Part shown: one piece after another, positions 1-17,134 of the stretch
How positions within the stretch are numbered: position 1 is the stretch's first letter
Layout: every line of letters starts with the position of its first letter
NCBI RefSeq assembly: GCF_009914755.1
Contig: NC_060936.1
Direction: 5' to 3' (one strand)
DNA length: 64,000 bases
Source of the DNA: the human T2T-CHM13v2.0 reference genome, Homo sapiens
Made by a program: the position numbers and the translations under genes
The notes under the pieces: model-generated
Seen by the model: the letters and a program-made list of their open reading frames with translations, nothing else
Told to the model about the DNA's origin: nothing
The model's database searches: none

Positions 1-550
1 TGTCTGAAAGGCTCTGAACAGGCTGAGATCGCACAGCACAGTCCTCATAGGCACCTCAATGAACCATAAAACTTGCATTATTAAAATAGGCTTTCTTTTG
101 AGAGCAGTTTTAGGATCACAGAGAAATTAAATGGAAAGTTTTCATAATCCCTCTGCCTCCACACATGCACAACTTCCCCACTGTCAACATCCCCCACCAA
201 AGTGGCACGTTTGTTATAATGGATGAACCTACATGACGCGGTATCACTCAAAGTCTATAGTTTACATTGGAGTTCACTCTACGTGTGCTTTCTATCGGTT
301 TTTAACAAATATATGACATGTATCCGCCTTTACAGTATCATACTGAGTTGTTTCACTGCCCAAGAAATCCTCTATACTCTGTCTATTCATTCCTCCTTCC
401 CACCTAACCTCTAGCAACCACTAATCGTTGACTGTTCACGTTTCCATGGAATCACACAATATCTAGCCTCTTCAGATTGGCATCTTTCACTTAGTAATAT
501 GCATCTAAGTCTTTTCTATGTCTTTTCATGACTTGGTAATTCATTTGTTT

Positions 551-889
<339 letters not shown>

Positions 890-1380
890 TAGTTCATTGT
901 CTGGATATACCACAGTTTATTTATTCATTCACCTACTGAAGGACATATTGGTTGCTTCCAAATTTTGGCAATTATGAATAAAGCTGCTATAAACACCCAT
1001 CTGCAGGTTTTTGTATGGACATAAGTTTTCAATTCCATTAAGTAAGTCAAGGAGTGTGATAGCTGGATCATATGAATCATATGCTAAGAGGATATTTAGT
1101 TAGGTAAGAACTGCCAAACTCTTCTAAAGTGACTGTACTATTTTGCGTTCCCACTAGCAATGCATGAGAGTTGCTGTTGTTCCCCTTCTCACCAGTATTT
1201 GATGTTGTCAGTGTTTTAGATTCTGTCTATTCTAATAGGTGTGTAGTGGTATGTCATTATTACTCTAATTTGGAATCCCCTAATTACATAGGATGTTAAG
1301 CATATGATTATTTGCCATCTGTATATCTTCTTTGGCATGGCATCTGTTCAGGTCTTTTGCCTATTTCTTTATTGCATTGT

Positions 1381-1746
<366 letters not shown>

Positions 1747-1807
1747 TAATTTTAAGAATTCTTTGTATATTTTGGATAGCAGTCCTTTATCAGATATTCA
1801 TTTTTCA

Positions 1808-2171
<364 letters not shown>

Positions 2172-3139
2172 TTACATTATAATATCTATTATAACTGTTT
2201 TTCTTTTCTTTCTTTACAGCAAGCCTATTGCTATTGCTTTTGTGTCAGCCATGAAAAGAACACAAATAGATGGCAGAGACACCACGGTGGAAGAAACAAC
2301 ACACACTGCAGACACACCAACTCAGGAAGGACAGAGTCACTCTCATTGGCTAAATGTGTACAGTCCAGTTTGCTGAGCCAGTGCTTATTGGCTGACTGCC
2401 TGTGATAACAGAGCATAGGAACAATATTGATCACAGCATAGTATAAGAGATTATTAAGTATAATTTATTTTAGGGAAATATTTCAGAGACAAATACCATT
2501 CTGATGAGTCAAGCACATAAAATCCATGATAAAGAGAATGTTTTGGATGGGTATGGGAGGGAGTTTCAAGGGACCCTGCCTCCTCCTGGAGGGCTGCAGT
2601 GTTGCCCTTCCAAGTTAAAACAAAAACTGCCTGGAGAAATGCAAGGGGTCTTTGTGGGGCTCTGAAGACTTCCTGAATCTGAATAAAAATGTTTCTTTAT
2701 TTGGTTAAGAAGACAAGAGTGCACAAATCCTTGAATCTGTCATAGAAGGAGGGTAGTCTGAGTCTGGCGTGGCCTTCGTGTACTGTGCTGAAGAACACAG
2801 AAATTTTTGAGATATTATGCACAAAAGTAGGTTTTGGGTTACCCAAGTGCACTGTTCCTGACACTTGAAATTGTACATGGAGGTAGCTTAGGTGTTGCCC
2901 AAATCATGCAGGAAGCTTGAAGAAGATACCTTACTCTCTTATGCAATGCCAAATATCAGACACGCACATCTCCAAATTTAATATAAAGTGCTGAGCTCTG
3001 ATATTGATATAAAATATTAAACATATTTATAAAGGTCACTTGCTGTTGGAAGTAACTGCTTGAGGAGAGGCTAAGGCTCAAGACACTTCATGTGGGAGTG
3101 GCCATGTACTTCAGCCATTCTCCATCCAATCCACCACTA

Positions 3140-3540
<401 letters not shown>

Positions 3541-4339
3541 TCACAGAGGCCAATACAAAAGAGTGAAGAGCTTTCATTCTCCCCTACACACATAGAAGCT
3601 TTGCTACATGTGCTCCTGGAGCCGGCTTACAACTCAGTATCCCCACTGCAGGTGGCATATTGACCCAGCAGAGATCCTGAGGTGTACCCTTTCTTTGTCT
3701 CTCCTCCTGTAGTTTATCAAGTAGAGGAAACAGTAAATTAGAAGCATCTGAGATTGATCACATCAGCTTTTAAGAAGCTTGCATTTTAATTCAATACAAT
3801 CCATAGGTTCAGAAAAATGAAAAAAAGAAACTCGCATTTTAGGCCTATATTCAATGCTGGCCCTTATGCCAAGTATCAACAGCCATAATAAATGCCAAAT
3901 ACTCCATTTTGACTTCACTTTAACAGACTGTATTTGCCATTCTGATTTTTTATCTTTAATACATCTTTAAAAATACCCTGAAAAAATACACTGAGTCATA
4001 GCCCATAAATTAGAATGTAATCTTAAAAACCCTGAGTCCAACCTCTTCATTTTAAAGAAAAGTAAACTATGTTCAATGGTGATGAAATGCTTTTCATAGG
4101 TTGTCTGTGATAGATCTCACTCTGCCAAGGATCTTATTTAAGCTAAAAGACGTGATATGGTACAGTCTTGCTGTTTTTGCTATCCAAAAATCCATTTACC
4201 CTTCTATTGGGCCTCAGTTTTCTCAAGGGAACTCTTGCCTCCCTTCACCCCACTCCTCTGTACACTATACACCAAAACAGACACATAGACAGATACCCTC
4301 TCAGTCTATGCCATTCTGGTATAGTAAGTGACACAAACA

Positions 4340-4685
4340 TAAAACAATCAGCACATGGCATTTGCTCTGACCATAGTGATTGGTGCAGAAATGGGCAGTG
4401 ACTCAATCAGAGTGAAAAGAGAAAATGAGACTTTACTGGCAATGCTGAGACAAAGCCCTTCACTCTACCCACAGAGTTGAAGTACAAAGACGTAAGAACC
4501 AGAGGTATTATAGCTATCCTACAGTCACAAAAGGCCAGCCTGTGTCAGAATAAAACAACACAGGGGAAAGCAAAGCAAAGGATGTTTTCTTAATCCTTTT
4601 ATCAAGCCATGCCTGAAGCCAGCCTTGAGCCCTTGAGTTTTCAGATACATCGAGTGAATAAATTCCTTTTCTAACCTAGTCTCAG
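4340..4685 (+). mobile_element. MaLR LTR fragment (MLT1-like)
   Basis: Resembles old MLT1 3' part (gccatgcctgaagcc...aataaattccttttc). Confidence 0.5.
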
Positions 4686-4699
4686 AAGTTACCTTTGAA

Positions 4700-5212
4700 C
4701 TTACTGTTCCTTTGCCTGGAACACCCTCCCCGATAAATAACCACACAGTTAGCTCCATCCCTTCCTTCAGACCTTTATTTTAAATAAAATGCTTTTCAAC
4801 AAAGCATTTCCTGACTATCATATTTAAAATTTTTTTAAATTTTAAAACCTTTAACTTTTTTTTTTTTAAGAGATAGGGTCTTGCTATGTTGCCCAGGCTG
4901 GTCTCGAACCCCTGGACTAAAGTGATGCTCCCATCTAGGCCTCCCAAAGTGCTGGGGTCACAGGCATGAGCCACCACTCCCAGCATCATCTTTAACATTG
5001 TCTATACTCCTTCATTTTTTTTCCTTTGTAGCACTTATCAGTATCTAATACTCTAAATTTTATTAATTTCCTTCATTGTCTCACACTACAATGTCAGCTC
5101 AGTGAAGTCACATGCCTTTGTGATGTTCATCATTGTATTTCTAGTCTCTGGAAGAACCCCTGGCACAGAATGGGTACTCAATGAAAACTGGTTGAGTTGA
5201 GTGGATGAATTA
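4700..5212 (+). mobile_element. L2 3' end
   Basis: ctgttcctttgcctggaac...cctggcacagaatgggtactcaatgaaa...gatgaat; split by an Alu monomer. Confidence 0.7.
4856..4984 (-). mobile_element. Alu left monomer (FLAM-like)
   Basis: Single arm with poly-T; ctttaac on both sides. Confidence 0.88.
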
Positions 5213-5272
5213 ATTTACCATATCTACTTATCTATTACACTGTCTACAGTGATTTTCATTTTGGGAGACTTC

Positions 5273-5568
5273 TTTTGTGTGTGTGTGAGACAGAGTCTCT
5301 CTCTGTCACTCAGGTTGGAGTGAAGTGGTGCAATCTCGATTCACCACAACCTCCACCACCCAGGTTCAAGCAATTCTCCTGCCTCAGCCTCTCAAGTAGC
5401 TGCAATTACAGGCATGCACCACCACACCTGGCTAATTTTTGTATTTTTAGTAAGGACAGGGTTTCACCATGTTAGCCAGGCTGGTCTCGAACTCCTGACC
5501 TCAAGTGATCCACCCACCTCAGCCTCCCAAAGTGCTGGGATTACAGGCGTGAACCACCGTGCCCAGCC
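5273..5568 (-). mobile_element. Alu (AluS-like)
   Basis: Full dimer; TSD gattttcatttt. Confidence 0.93.
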
Positions 5569-5852
5569 AAGATTTTCATTTTAAGCCTTTTGCTGGTACT
5601 CATCATAGGCACAAAGAATAACCACAATAACAAACATGGAAAAGTTATGAAAGTCCCAGAACCTGACAATAATCTCATTGTCTTTCTTTCTTATCTGTAG
5701 ATAAAGAGGACTGCCTGAAATCCCAAACACCTCAGCTTTCTCTTCTAAAGCATTGGAGTTTGCCTTTTTTCCTCTGCTGGACCTTACCTTTAGGCAGAGA
5801 GGTATCCTCCTACCTTCAGGAAGGAACAATTCAACCAAAGAAACAATTAAGT

Positions 5853-6056
5853 CAGCCTGGGCAACATAATAAGATCCCATCTCTACAAAAAATAAAAAGT
5901 TAAAAAAAAAAAGCTAGGCATGGTGGTGCACCTGTCTTCCCAGCTACTCAGGGAGGCCGAGGCAGGAGAATCACTTGAGCCCAGGAGCTCAAGGCTGCAG
6001 TGAGCTATGATTGTACCACTGCTGATGGAGATCCTGTCTGTAAAAAATAAATAAGA
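5853..6056 (+). mobile_element. 5'-truncated Alu (AluJ-like)
   Basis: End of left arm, linker, and right arm with a deletion. Confidence 0.85.
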
Positions 6057-7339
6057 AACATACTAGGTACTGTTTTATCAAATTGAATAATTTGCATCTC
6101 AGCACCTTTCCTGACTCTCAGAAGAATGATCTCTCTTAGGAGTTTTCTCACATTTTTAAATAGCAAGAAAGATAAATGAGTATATTTTCTGTTATTAAAA
6201 CCTAACCCCAGCACCCTTCTAATGGCTAAGATAAGAAAATACCCATAATGCAGCCCTGCATGAGGCCATTACCATTAATATTAACCTGCTTGGCAGCTCT
6301 AGGATAGAGTATAACCACAGCTATTGTTGTTCCTTCCCATGTTCTTTCCTGCAACTTTAAATTAACACATAGGCCCCAGGAAATTCTCCAAACTCTCTGT
6401 GGTAGTCCAAAGCTAATGGTGCCATATTACATTTTGAGCACTATTTTTTGAAATACACCATCTATTAGTCCAAATGAAAACTTGGCAAAACAAGGCTGAA
6501 GGACAACAAGGACAACTCATTTTGCATTGAATAGAATAAAGAGCAATAAACCTGCAGCCCTTAGATTTCTATTGGAAGGGTGGGGGAGGTGGGGCAGGGA
6601 AAGAATAAAAAGCCCTGCAGCCTTGGCAAAACTCATGCGTTACCTTTCCTTTGTGGGAGCAGATTTAAATAAACAAAGGCCAAATTTTTCCATGAGGACT
6701 TATGTTCCCAGATACAGTACAGTTGACAGGATAAACACAGATTAGTTAATCATTATTTCCTGCCATGTCCTGGTTATCATGATCTGCTAGAATTTATTAA
6801 CAAGATTATAAAGGTAGGTGTGCAAAAGAAAACCAAAGAAGAATGTAAGAAGATGATATTAACTTCTTACACCAATACTAGAGCCTGGATTTCTACTTAT
6901 GGGTGTGGACTCCCACTGAATTCATCACAGATTCCTTCCCTGTCTCCCTAATTAACACCCTCATGCATTCGTACATTGACTGGCTAAGATTAAGGTAAAA
7001 TCACAGGACACTGTTTCACATGGACTTCTGACTCAAACTTTCATGTCATTAGAAACACGACATAATACTTTGAACATTTCAAATTTAACCAAAATTTCAA
7101 CTTTTACAGACCTTTATTATTCACTCCTATGGACAAAGCCTTGCACTAATGTTCATCCTTAAACACAAACCTGACCATTTTCCTGACTTAACTACTCTCT
7201 GGAGCTACTGCCTACTAGAGAAGAGGTTAAGCATGATCGGATTGGAAAAAATCGAGAGATGAATTCAAAATGGGGGTTCTCGGACAGATTCTGAGAGGAG
7301 ATGGGGTAAGGAGCATGGCCAGGGCTTTTAAAGCCATTG

Positions 7340-8665
7340 ATGCATTCATTCATTCATTAGGTATGTAGTATGTACTGCTGAGCTGGGTAGAAGGAATACA
7401 ATGGTGAGCAAAGTGGTCCAGATCTCTCTATCCGTAGAGTTTACAGTACAGTGGGGAGACAATCCTTAATCAAATGGTCTCTCAAATGTGTATAATTAAG
7501 AACTGTGGACTATTTGGTACAGGAGCTGTGACAGTGACCTAGTATCTAACTGTATCACTATTAGTCTGTTCTCACACTGCTATAAAGACATACGGAGACT
7601 GGGTAATTTATAAGGGAAATAAGTTTAATGGACTCACAGTTCCACATGGCTGGGGAGGCCTCACAGTCATGGTGGAAGGTGAAGGAGGAGCAGGGGCACA
7701 TCTTACATGGTGGCAGGCAAGGGAGCATGTGCAGGGGAACTGCCCTTTATGAAACCATCAGATCTCGTGAGACTTATTCACTGTCATGAGAACAGCATGG
7801 GAAAAACCCACCCCTGTGATTCAATTACCTCCCACCGGGTCCCTCCCATGACATGTGGGGATTATAGGAGCTACAATTCCCATAATCCCAAGACGGGATT
7901 TGGCTGGGGACATAGCCAAACCATATCACTGACCTAGTCTAAAGGTAGAAAATGGGGAGTGGCAGATCATGGACGGCTTCCCTGAGAAGTGATCGTGGAG
8001 TGAGATCTGGAGAATGAGTGACCATTATGCAGCTAAGTACTGCTGGAAGAAAAACCAGGGAGGGCCCTTCTGGCCATGACTATGTTGGGAGAAGGCAGGG
8101 AGGCAATCAACTGAGAGGAGGTCTGTGTAGCTGAAGCCCAAAGAGACAGGACAAAGAATAGCAGCAAATAAACTGTGGGGTGTGTCTAGGGAATGACGGG
8201 ACACAGTCCTGGCTGGAAAATAACATGCATGGCAGGATACAAATTAAACTGGAAATCATGATCTGGGCCTTGCACATTCTGGAAGAATAGGCAAATTAGG
8301 CTCAAGAATTTGAATGGCATTCTCTAGGCAATAAGAAATCATTACAGGCATACAGTGACAAGGTCAACCCTGTTTAAGGATGATTGTTCTAGAAGCAATA
8401 TTGAAACAGACTTTGGCAAAGTGGGAGAGTAGGGAGAGCCCTGGAAGGAAAAGACAATAATTACAGGCAATTGTAATAGCCAAGTGAGAGAGAGCAAGAT
8501 CCCAAACTAGGGCAGTGGGAAATGGAAGAAATGAACAGGTATAGAGATACTGTAAAGAAGAATCAGCAAATATGAGGGTTAATTGGATATGGACATGAAG
8601 GTGATGGGGGATGTTGGGGGAGACAGAGAGAGAAACTCACAAATGAATGAAAAGGTTTGAGCCTG
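7340..8665 (-). mobile_element. L2 fragments (split by a THE1 LTR)
   Basis: cattcattcattcatt terminus and typical antisense L2 purine-rich body. Confidence 0.6.
7551..7928 (-). mobile_element. THE1 (C/D-like) MaLR solo LTR
   Basis: tattagtctgttctcacactgctataaag...ccatcagatctcgtgagacttattcac...agccaaaccatatca. Confidence 0.92.
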
Positions 8666-8749
8666 AACATTATGAGGAGGAGGAGAAGGAGGAACATTAT
8701 GAGGAGGAGGAGGAGGCCGCCAATATCAGAGTTTGGGAATAAGAGGGTT

Positions 8750-8865
8750 TTGGGAGGACAAGGCAGGTGGATCAATTGAGCCCAGGAGTTTGAGACCAGC
8801 CTGGGCAACATGGCAAAACCCCATCAAAAAAAAAAAAAAGAAAAAAGAAAAGCAAGCAAGCAAGC
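8750..8865 (+). mobile_element. Truncated Alu left monomer
   Basis: tttgggagg...gagcccaggagtttgagaccagcctgggcaacatggcaaaacccc plus A tail. Confidence 0.85.
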
Positions 8866-8877
8866 AAGAAAGAGAAA

Positions 8878-8949
<72 letters not shown>

Positions 8950-8951
8950 GA

Positions 8952-9007
<56 letters not shown>

Positions 9008-9010
9008 AAA
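8866..9010 (+). repeat. (GAAA)n tetranucleotide microsatellite grown from the Alu tail
   Basis: About 145 nt of near-pure GAAA, preceded by (GCAA)n. Confidence 0.98.
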
Positions 9011-9225
9011 AGAGGAGTCAGAGGCTTTGTGTGAGATCTGTTTCAGATATGCTGTTAATGGCATCTGGGGCAGCCAAATAGCTAATTCTGATTAGTTACC
9101 ATCCTTCAAAAGTTGCGTTTGGAAACATAGATATGCAGGTCAGTCAATCGACAATATTTACTGGGTGGCTACTATGTGCCAGGCATTTTTTAGCTTAATT
9201 TTACTATGTGCCAGGCATTTTTTAG

Positions 9226-9432
<207 letters not shown>

Positions 9433-10392
9433 TAGACCAAATTTCTGCCTTCATGGGGTATTTCTTGTATATAAAAGGTAGTTTAAAAAAACAAAACCCA
9501 TACGGAACCAACGGTTATGTCGTTAATCCAAAAATAAGCCATAAACAAGTGATATATAAGCAAGATATCAGTTCAAAGAATTGGTCATTATCTCATATCA
9601 AATTCACAAAATACAACTTTGTGAAGGTTAAGTCTCTCTCCTTAGGAGACACATTAGAATGCAAATTCAAATCACCAACTCTCATCAAACAGCGAAGTAG
9701 ACTCTACAAGCTCCTTGTGAATTTCATCCAGGAATTTAGAGGACACAGCAAAGGACAGGATAAATAATAGATTCCTATTCTCTAGAAAAGAGAAAGAGGA
9801 CATACCGAAATGCCACTAGCAAGGCCACTTAGACATCTTGGCCCTTCATCAACACTCAGAGTATGTAATGAATTTCAGAAATATAAATAAACCTTCTTTG
9901 CCATTTTTACTTCCACAGAGATGCCAAAATTATATCATATGGAGCAGCAGAAGTGCAAGGGCTTTCCGGCCTAATCATTTTTGAAAATGAACAGATAATG
10001 AACAAAATATAATATACTACCTAAAATTATCTTCAGAAGGAATGAATAACAAAAGATTATAAAGCCTCAAAATAAAAACAGGATCTGAAAGCAAAAATAA
10101 ATTAAATAATTTTGATTAATTTAAAAGCTAAACATCAAACAAGGGGAATACACAAACATCTGTATATCTGTATCTGCATATAAAATCAAGGCTAGAGGTT
10201 AAAATTTTAATGATAGGAGATTAAAACTAAAATGCCTGATTTGTGCAGCTTGCCAATGGTTTATTAAAAATCTGGTTTATTTAACTAACTGTTGCTAAAG
10301 TTTCATGGCAGAGTAAATGTGAATGAACAGCCAACAAAATGTTGACAAATAATTCAGTTCAAACTGGGGGAAGAGGGAGCTTAGTCAACTAG

Positions 10393-10730
<338 letters not shown>

Positions 10731-11332
10731 TCAACACTACTGTAAATCTATAATAATTGAAAACAGTGCACATTAGGCAAGCAGATCACAGAAATGAAGA
10801 GTACAGACATAGACCCCAGTATGGGAATTCAGTAAATGAAAAAGTTTCATTTCAATCCAATTAAGAAAGAATTGGTTGAAGCCTACATAACTGGTATCAG
10901 AATAACGAGCAACTTATTTAGAAAAATAAAATATATTCTCCACAGAAAAGGAACATCTTGACTGCACTGATTTGGCCCCAAGACTTTTTTGCTCTAGTTT
11001 TATTAATACAATTTTTTAAAATAATAATTTACCAACACTGATGAATTTTCCATGAGAATTTTTTTGGGGATTAAATCAATTTTATTTTTTCTTAATCAAT
11101 TTGCCATATAGCATAATTAAAACATTTCTAGTTATCACCATTTCTAATTTTTGTTTGTTTTTCTTTTTCCCCATTTCTATTTTTATCTTATTAAAATTAT
11201 TTTCATTAAGACCAAAATTTATTTTCATTTAAATCTTCTAATGGCTTGCAGCAAATTGTATTTTTTTGAACAAATCTTTCAGTTAAAACTTTTGCTGCTC
11301 TTAGGGAAAAACTAGTATTAGAAAAAAATAGA

Positions 11333-11745
<413 letters not shown>

Positions 11746-12350
11746 TCAAATATTACAGATAAAAATTTGTCAAAAATATTTTATTCTGGATGTAACTAAT
11801 TAATAATTTATTTTTACCATGTGCACTTGTAAATGTCAACTTTAATTTGTGTTGATTACAGAATAGTAAGGTCAAAAATCCTGTATCTGATTATTACCTT
11901 ACAGTTTATACACAAATAAATTCCAGGTGGATTAGAAATTGTACAGTACAATAATCCTAAATAACAAAATATTCGAGACAAAATAAAAGCAGATTTTTTT
12001 CAAAATAACCTTGGAGTAGAAAAAGCCTTTCTATGCATAACCCAAAAAGCAAAAGCCATAAAGAAAGTTTAACAGCTTTACCCAACCCAGATCAGCTCTC
12101 ATACTAACATTTTCCAAATTTTCCATGGTGGGGAATATTAGGGCTAAGCGTCAGGGTTTCTTGCTGTAAGAGAGGGTGGAAGTAAGGGGTTAATTAATAA
12201 CAGATGTAGGTGGGACCACTGGATATTCAAAGATCTTTGGAAATATATGTGAGATTGGGATTCTTAAATTACTTTCAAATATTTTTATCATTACAAATGT
12301 AACACATAATCACAATTAAAATTCAAAATAAACCAACAAATTTAGCATAA

Positions 12351-12883
<533 letters not shown>

Positions 12884-13887
12884 TAATGTTTTTTAATAGG
12901 GTCTTATTAGACAGAATTGATCTATCTGGTTTCATTGATTGAAATACTATCTGCACATGTCTGGGCACTCTTCAGTAAGCAAAGGAAAGAAGCAATGTAG
13001 ACACTGATTAGTAAGTAGAGATTACTGCTACACCAGTACTTTTAGAACCTTTTTTTAAACTTTCTTCTCTTTGATATAAAAGAAATACATGTTTCCCTTA
13101 GAAGACATAGAAAAGTACGAAGAGAAAAACAGTCACCCACAATCCACTACACAGAGCCACTGCTGTTAACTTTTGACGAAGAAAGATTCCATACTTAATA
13201 GATGCAGAATAGCTGTGGCCAACAATCTTGCAAAAGCTGGAGTTCAAAAAGAAGGTCCCAGCACCGTAAGATACAGTGGAGTCAGTAGAAAGTCATACGA
13301 CCACACTCCCAGTAACCTCTGATAAATAGGATGAAGAGGAAGTAAAAAAGTGGTCAGCAACTTCTTTTGAGAAATATGCTGTTGAAATTAACAAAGGCAG
13401 AGAGCTAAGGGCAGAAAACCGGGCACCTGCTTGGGGATGGACAGATTCATTTCCGTTGGCTCAGACAAGCTTGCAACCTTGGGCTGCCAACCCAACACTG
13501 TGGATTGGCAGAGGGAGTCTGGAATGTGAAAATATCTTAATAAGAAGTTTTATCAGATCCCCTCCTTTCCCCTCAAATTTGCACTCAGGGTGCACAGACA
13601 TCCCTGGAACATTTTAAACCTGAAGTATTTGTTTGAAGGTCTGCATAGGATTTGACTGTGGAGAGGCCAAGTACAGAAAGGAAGCTTTAGAAAGAACTTC
13701 AAAAATTCGTTCCATTTTAAACTAAAAAGAGGGGAAAGTGTAGAGGAAATGGTAGCACTGACAACGTTTTTCAGACAAAGGTGATGGAAACCTTGGGATT
13801 ATGGACAGTTTCTCACCCATCTCAACTTATCCTCAGACTTCAGAAATGGTCAAAAAGGATGGTTTAAGCCAGGCAAAAAGCTCAAAG

Positions 13888-14534
13888 CAGGGATGGAACT
13901 TTTTCTGCAAAGGGCCAGCGAATATTTACTCTTCGGGCTGTGAAGCAACTCCTCATCTCCACAGCTGTTGCACAAAAGTGGTCGTAGAGAATGCACAAAT
14001 GACTTGGGGTTCCAATAATGCTTCACCCCTGGACACTGACCTTTGCATTTCACAGAATTACCATATGCCACAAAATAGTCTTTTGATTTTTTTTCTGTCA
14101 TTTAAAAATATTAAAACTCTCCTTAACTTTTGGCTGTACAAAAACGGTGGCAGCTGGGCGCAGTGGCTCATGCCTGGAATCCCAGCATTTTGGAAGACCA
14201 AGGCGGAAGGATCGCTTGAGTCCAGGAGTTCTCGAGGCCAGCCTGGGCAACAAAGTGAGACCCTGTCTCTACAGAACATCAAATGTATTAGCTGAGTGTG
14301 GTGGCCCAGACCTGTAGTCCTAGCTACTCGGAAGGCTGAAGCAGGAGGACTGCTTGAGCCTGGGAAGTCGAGGCTGCAGCGAGCCATGTTTGCACCACTG
14401 CACTCCAACCTGGGTGACAAAGGGAGACTCTAGCTCAAACATAAAATAAAATAAGAAGAAGGAAAAAAACAAAACAAAACAGGTGGCAAGCTGGATTTAG
14501 TTCACAGGCTGGCCTGTAGTTTGCTGACCTCTTG
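13888..14534 (+). mobile_element. MER58B-like hAT-Charlie element split by an Alu
   Basis: caggg...aactttttctgcaaagggccag start and gtagtttgctgacctcttg end. Confidence 0.75.
14152..14475 (+). mobile_element. Alu (AluJ-like)
   Basis: Full dimer; TSD aaaac(a)ggtggca. Confidence 0.92.
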
Positions 14535-17134
14535 TCTAAAAGCAGAGATCCTGACCCAAGTTTATATTCTAACATAGATAAGGGCAAACTGAGAACAGGG
14601 AAGCATTTTAAACACGGAATATTTCTGGTAAAATGTGGGGGAGGAGGGGTCTAGATGGTGAACACACTTTTAGTGCCAGCAATTCAGCTGGGATTATAGT
14701 GGAGTTGTGGGGGGAGAGAGGTACAGAAGACAGGACGACTCCCCAAAGGAGTCCACACCCAAGGTGTCTCTCCATGGAGTTGGCCCGTAGCAGCAAGGGA
14801 GAGAGGGGTGAGAAAACGCCTCCCTATCCAATTATGCATGCTCTACTTTCCCAGTGAATCAGGCCAGTGAAATGATCAGCAGCAGCAAAGTCAAATTTAA
14901 TTCAGACTTTTTTTTTTTTTTGCATAAGATGAGGCCCTACTTTGTTCCCAGTTCTCAGATCACCTCCACATTAGTAATTCCAGGAAGTCTTTGTTTACCT
15001 GTATATACAAGGCTCTTATGCAAATTCTAGCAGCCAGCAAAATAAGCCTGAGCTTGGCCTTGATGGATTTATTTCTCATTTGCTGCAGGCACAGACCACT
15101 TCTATTGAAAGGAGAAAAATACCAGCCCCTCCACAGCCGTTTGCCCAGGAGTCCCGGGCCTGCCTGGCAACGAGCCTGTTTGCCCCTTCTCCAGCTCGGG
15201 CCTGACATTACCTAGCCATTGAATAGTCTGATGGGAAGGGTTCAATGCAGGGTTTGCACTTTCCCAGCCATTAGCCAGCTGCAACGCATTTCATTAACTT
15301 AGGAGTGTTTTGTACATCAAAGAGAGCCCCAAACAGTGTGATCAAGTGGAAGTAACAGTGCCTGGTCAACATTATAACTTGCAGCTTTTTTTTTTTTCAT
15401 GGATATAATGCCATCTGGCACCCAGGAACAGCAAAGGCCAGTGATGGAAAAACCCCACCACACTGTTTTGCTTATTGGTGTAACAGTTAATCCTGATAAA
15501 GGACAATGCCACAGAGCAACTGCCCTGTTATTATCTTGTATGTCTATTGTCTTACCCAGGCCAAGCTGCCCTGAACCGGCAAAAGCAAAGGTTGCACATG
15601 GAATTGCCTGGGGAAAAAATATCTAGGAGACCTGGGAAAAAGGATGTTTTGTCTTTTTGTTTGTTTAATTGTTTAGCATGTGCATCCACAAGCACACGCA
15701 CATGCACACACATACACACACACGGGAAGAGAAAGGGACTTAAAGGCTTAATCTTTGCAGACTTTTTGGGGAAACATTAAGTAGCTGGCTTTGAAATCTA
15801 CTAACTAGAAGTCTCTTATAACGTAACATCATTATCTTCTCCTACATATCCCCTGCTTTCGATTATTTTGAAAAATCCTTTATCGTCTCAGATTTTAGAT
15901 TACAGACCACCAAGCATCCTCCAAATAACAGACTTCTAAACTGGTTTCTGGTGGAAAATTTCTCACTGAAACCTTCACTGCTCTTTTAAAATTAAGGAGA
16001 AAAAAATTCTGAAATGACAGGTAATAGAGATTCTGAATAAACTCTTCTGTAGTGTTTTTTTGGGTAGTTTTCAACTGACAAATTAGGAAATAAAATGCTA
16101 TGAATACGTTGTTTTTATTTTGACAATCTTTAAAACATAAAAGGACAAAAGCCAAATGGATAATCATCTCCCCCATAAAAGCAGGACAAATGATTGGGTT
16201 TATGGTTTTTTTTCCCACAGTTTCAAATGTCATCTCCTCAGTACAGAGACTGTTTATAAACTCTTCAGTGACTTTTTTCTGCTCATTGCACAAACTCCTC
16301 CCCTCTTCCTATCTTCCTTACTAGCCCTCCCTTCTCCACTACCAGGCCGCCTCCTCTCTGCAGGAGGGAAAGACTGAAATTTTAAGTAAGACACTTTCTT
16401 CTCTGGTGTAAATTCGCGTCAAGGGATGATTTTGCAATTGCCATATGAGCAATTATGTAAGCTTTTCAAAAGCATACAACATTTCTAGGGCAATTGTCAT
16501 CTACACACAGTTATAACAATCTAGATGGTTTTAAAAATAAGTAGCTGTCACCCAATAACCAACCTGTGGTCTGAAATTTTCCCAGAAAATCCAACTGAAT
16601 CTCTCTTCTTCCACTGTTTTTCTCTTCACTGTCATAAATTGTAGTAGAATTATAACATGTGTAAGAAAATGTACTAAGTTGCTATTTTAGGTTGGCATGG
16701 AAATTGAATTCAAAGAAATAAAGCCCCTAGCAGCCAGTATTAAGAAGAAAGTTCTCCAACCTTAAGTATCCTCAATACAATGACTGTTTTCTTCACTCCT
16801 TTCCCTCCCTAAGAATCAGTGAAAAAGAGACAAAATAAGCCAGAATGGAGTGTAACTGAAATTTTTGGCAGTGTGAGAAAAAAAGAGTATATGATAGCCA
16901 GCTTTCCGACATGTGGCAATCAGATATTAAAACTTGAATTATTCATTTAAAACATGCTTAATGCTTCACATTTTACAAAATGCTGTGAATCTTGCTATAG
17001 AAATAAACATTTGCTGGAAGAAAATTTCAACGGCAGATTAAGAAGCATTAAATTGAGAAGAAACATTAAATCAACTGCTCAAAGTAACTTAATTAATGAA
17101 AGAGCATGAATTCAAATCCAGGACTGACTGACTT

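Noticed and set aside
8726-9095. Lys/Glu/Arg-rich and Phe/Leu/Ser-rich ORFs
   Set aside because: Translations of the (GAAA)n microsatellite.
13801-14420. Longest ORFs in the track (164 aa and 120 aa)
   Set aside because: They run through MER58-like and Alu sequence; chance open frames.
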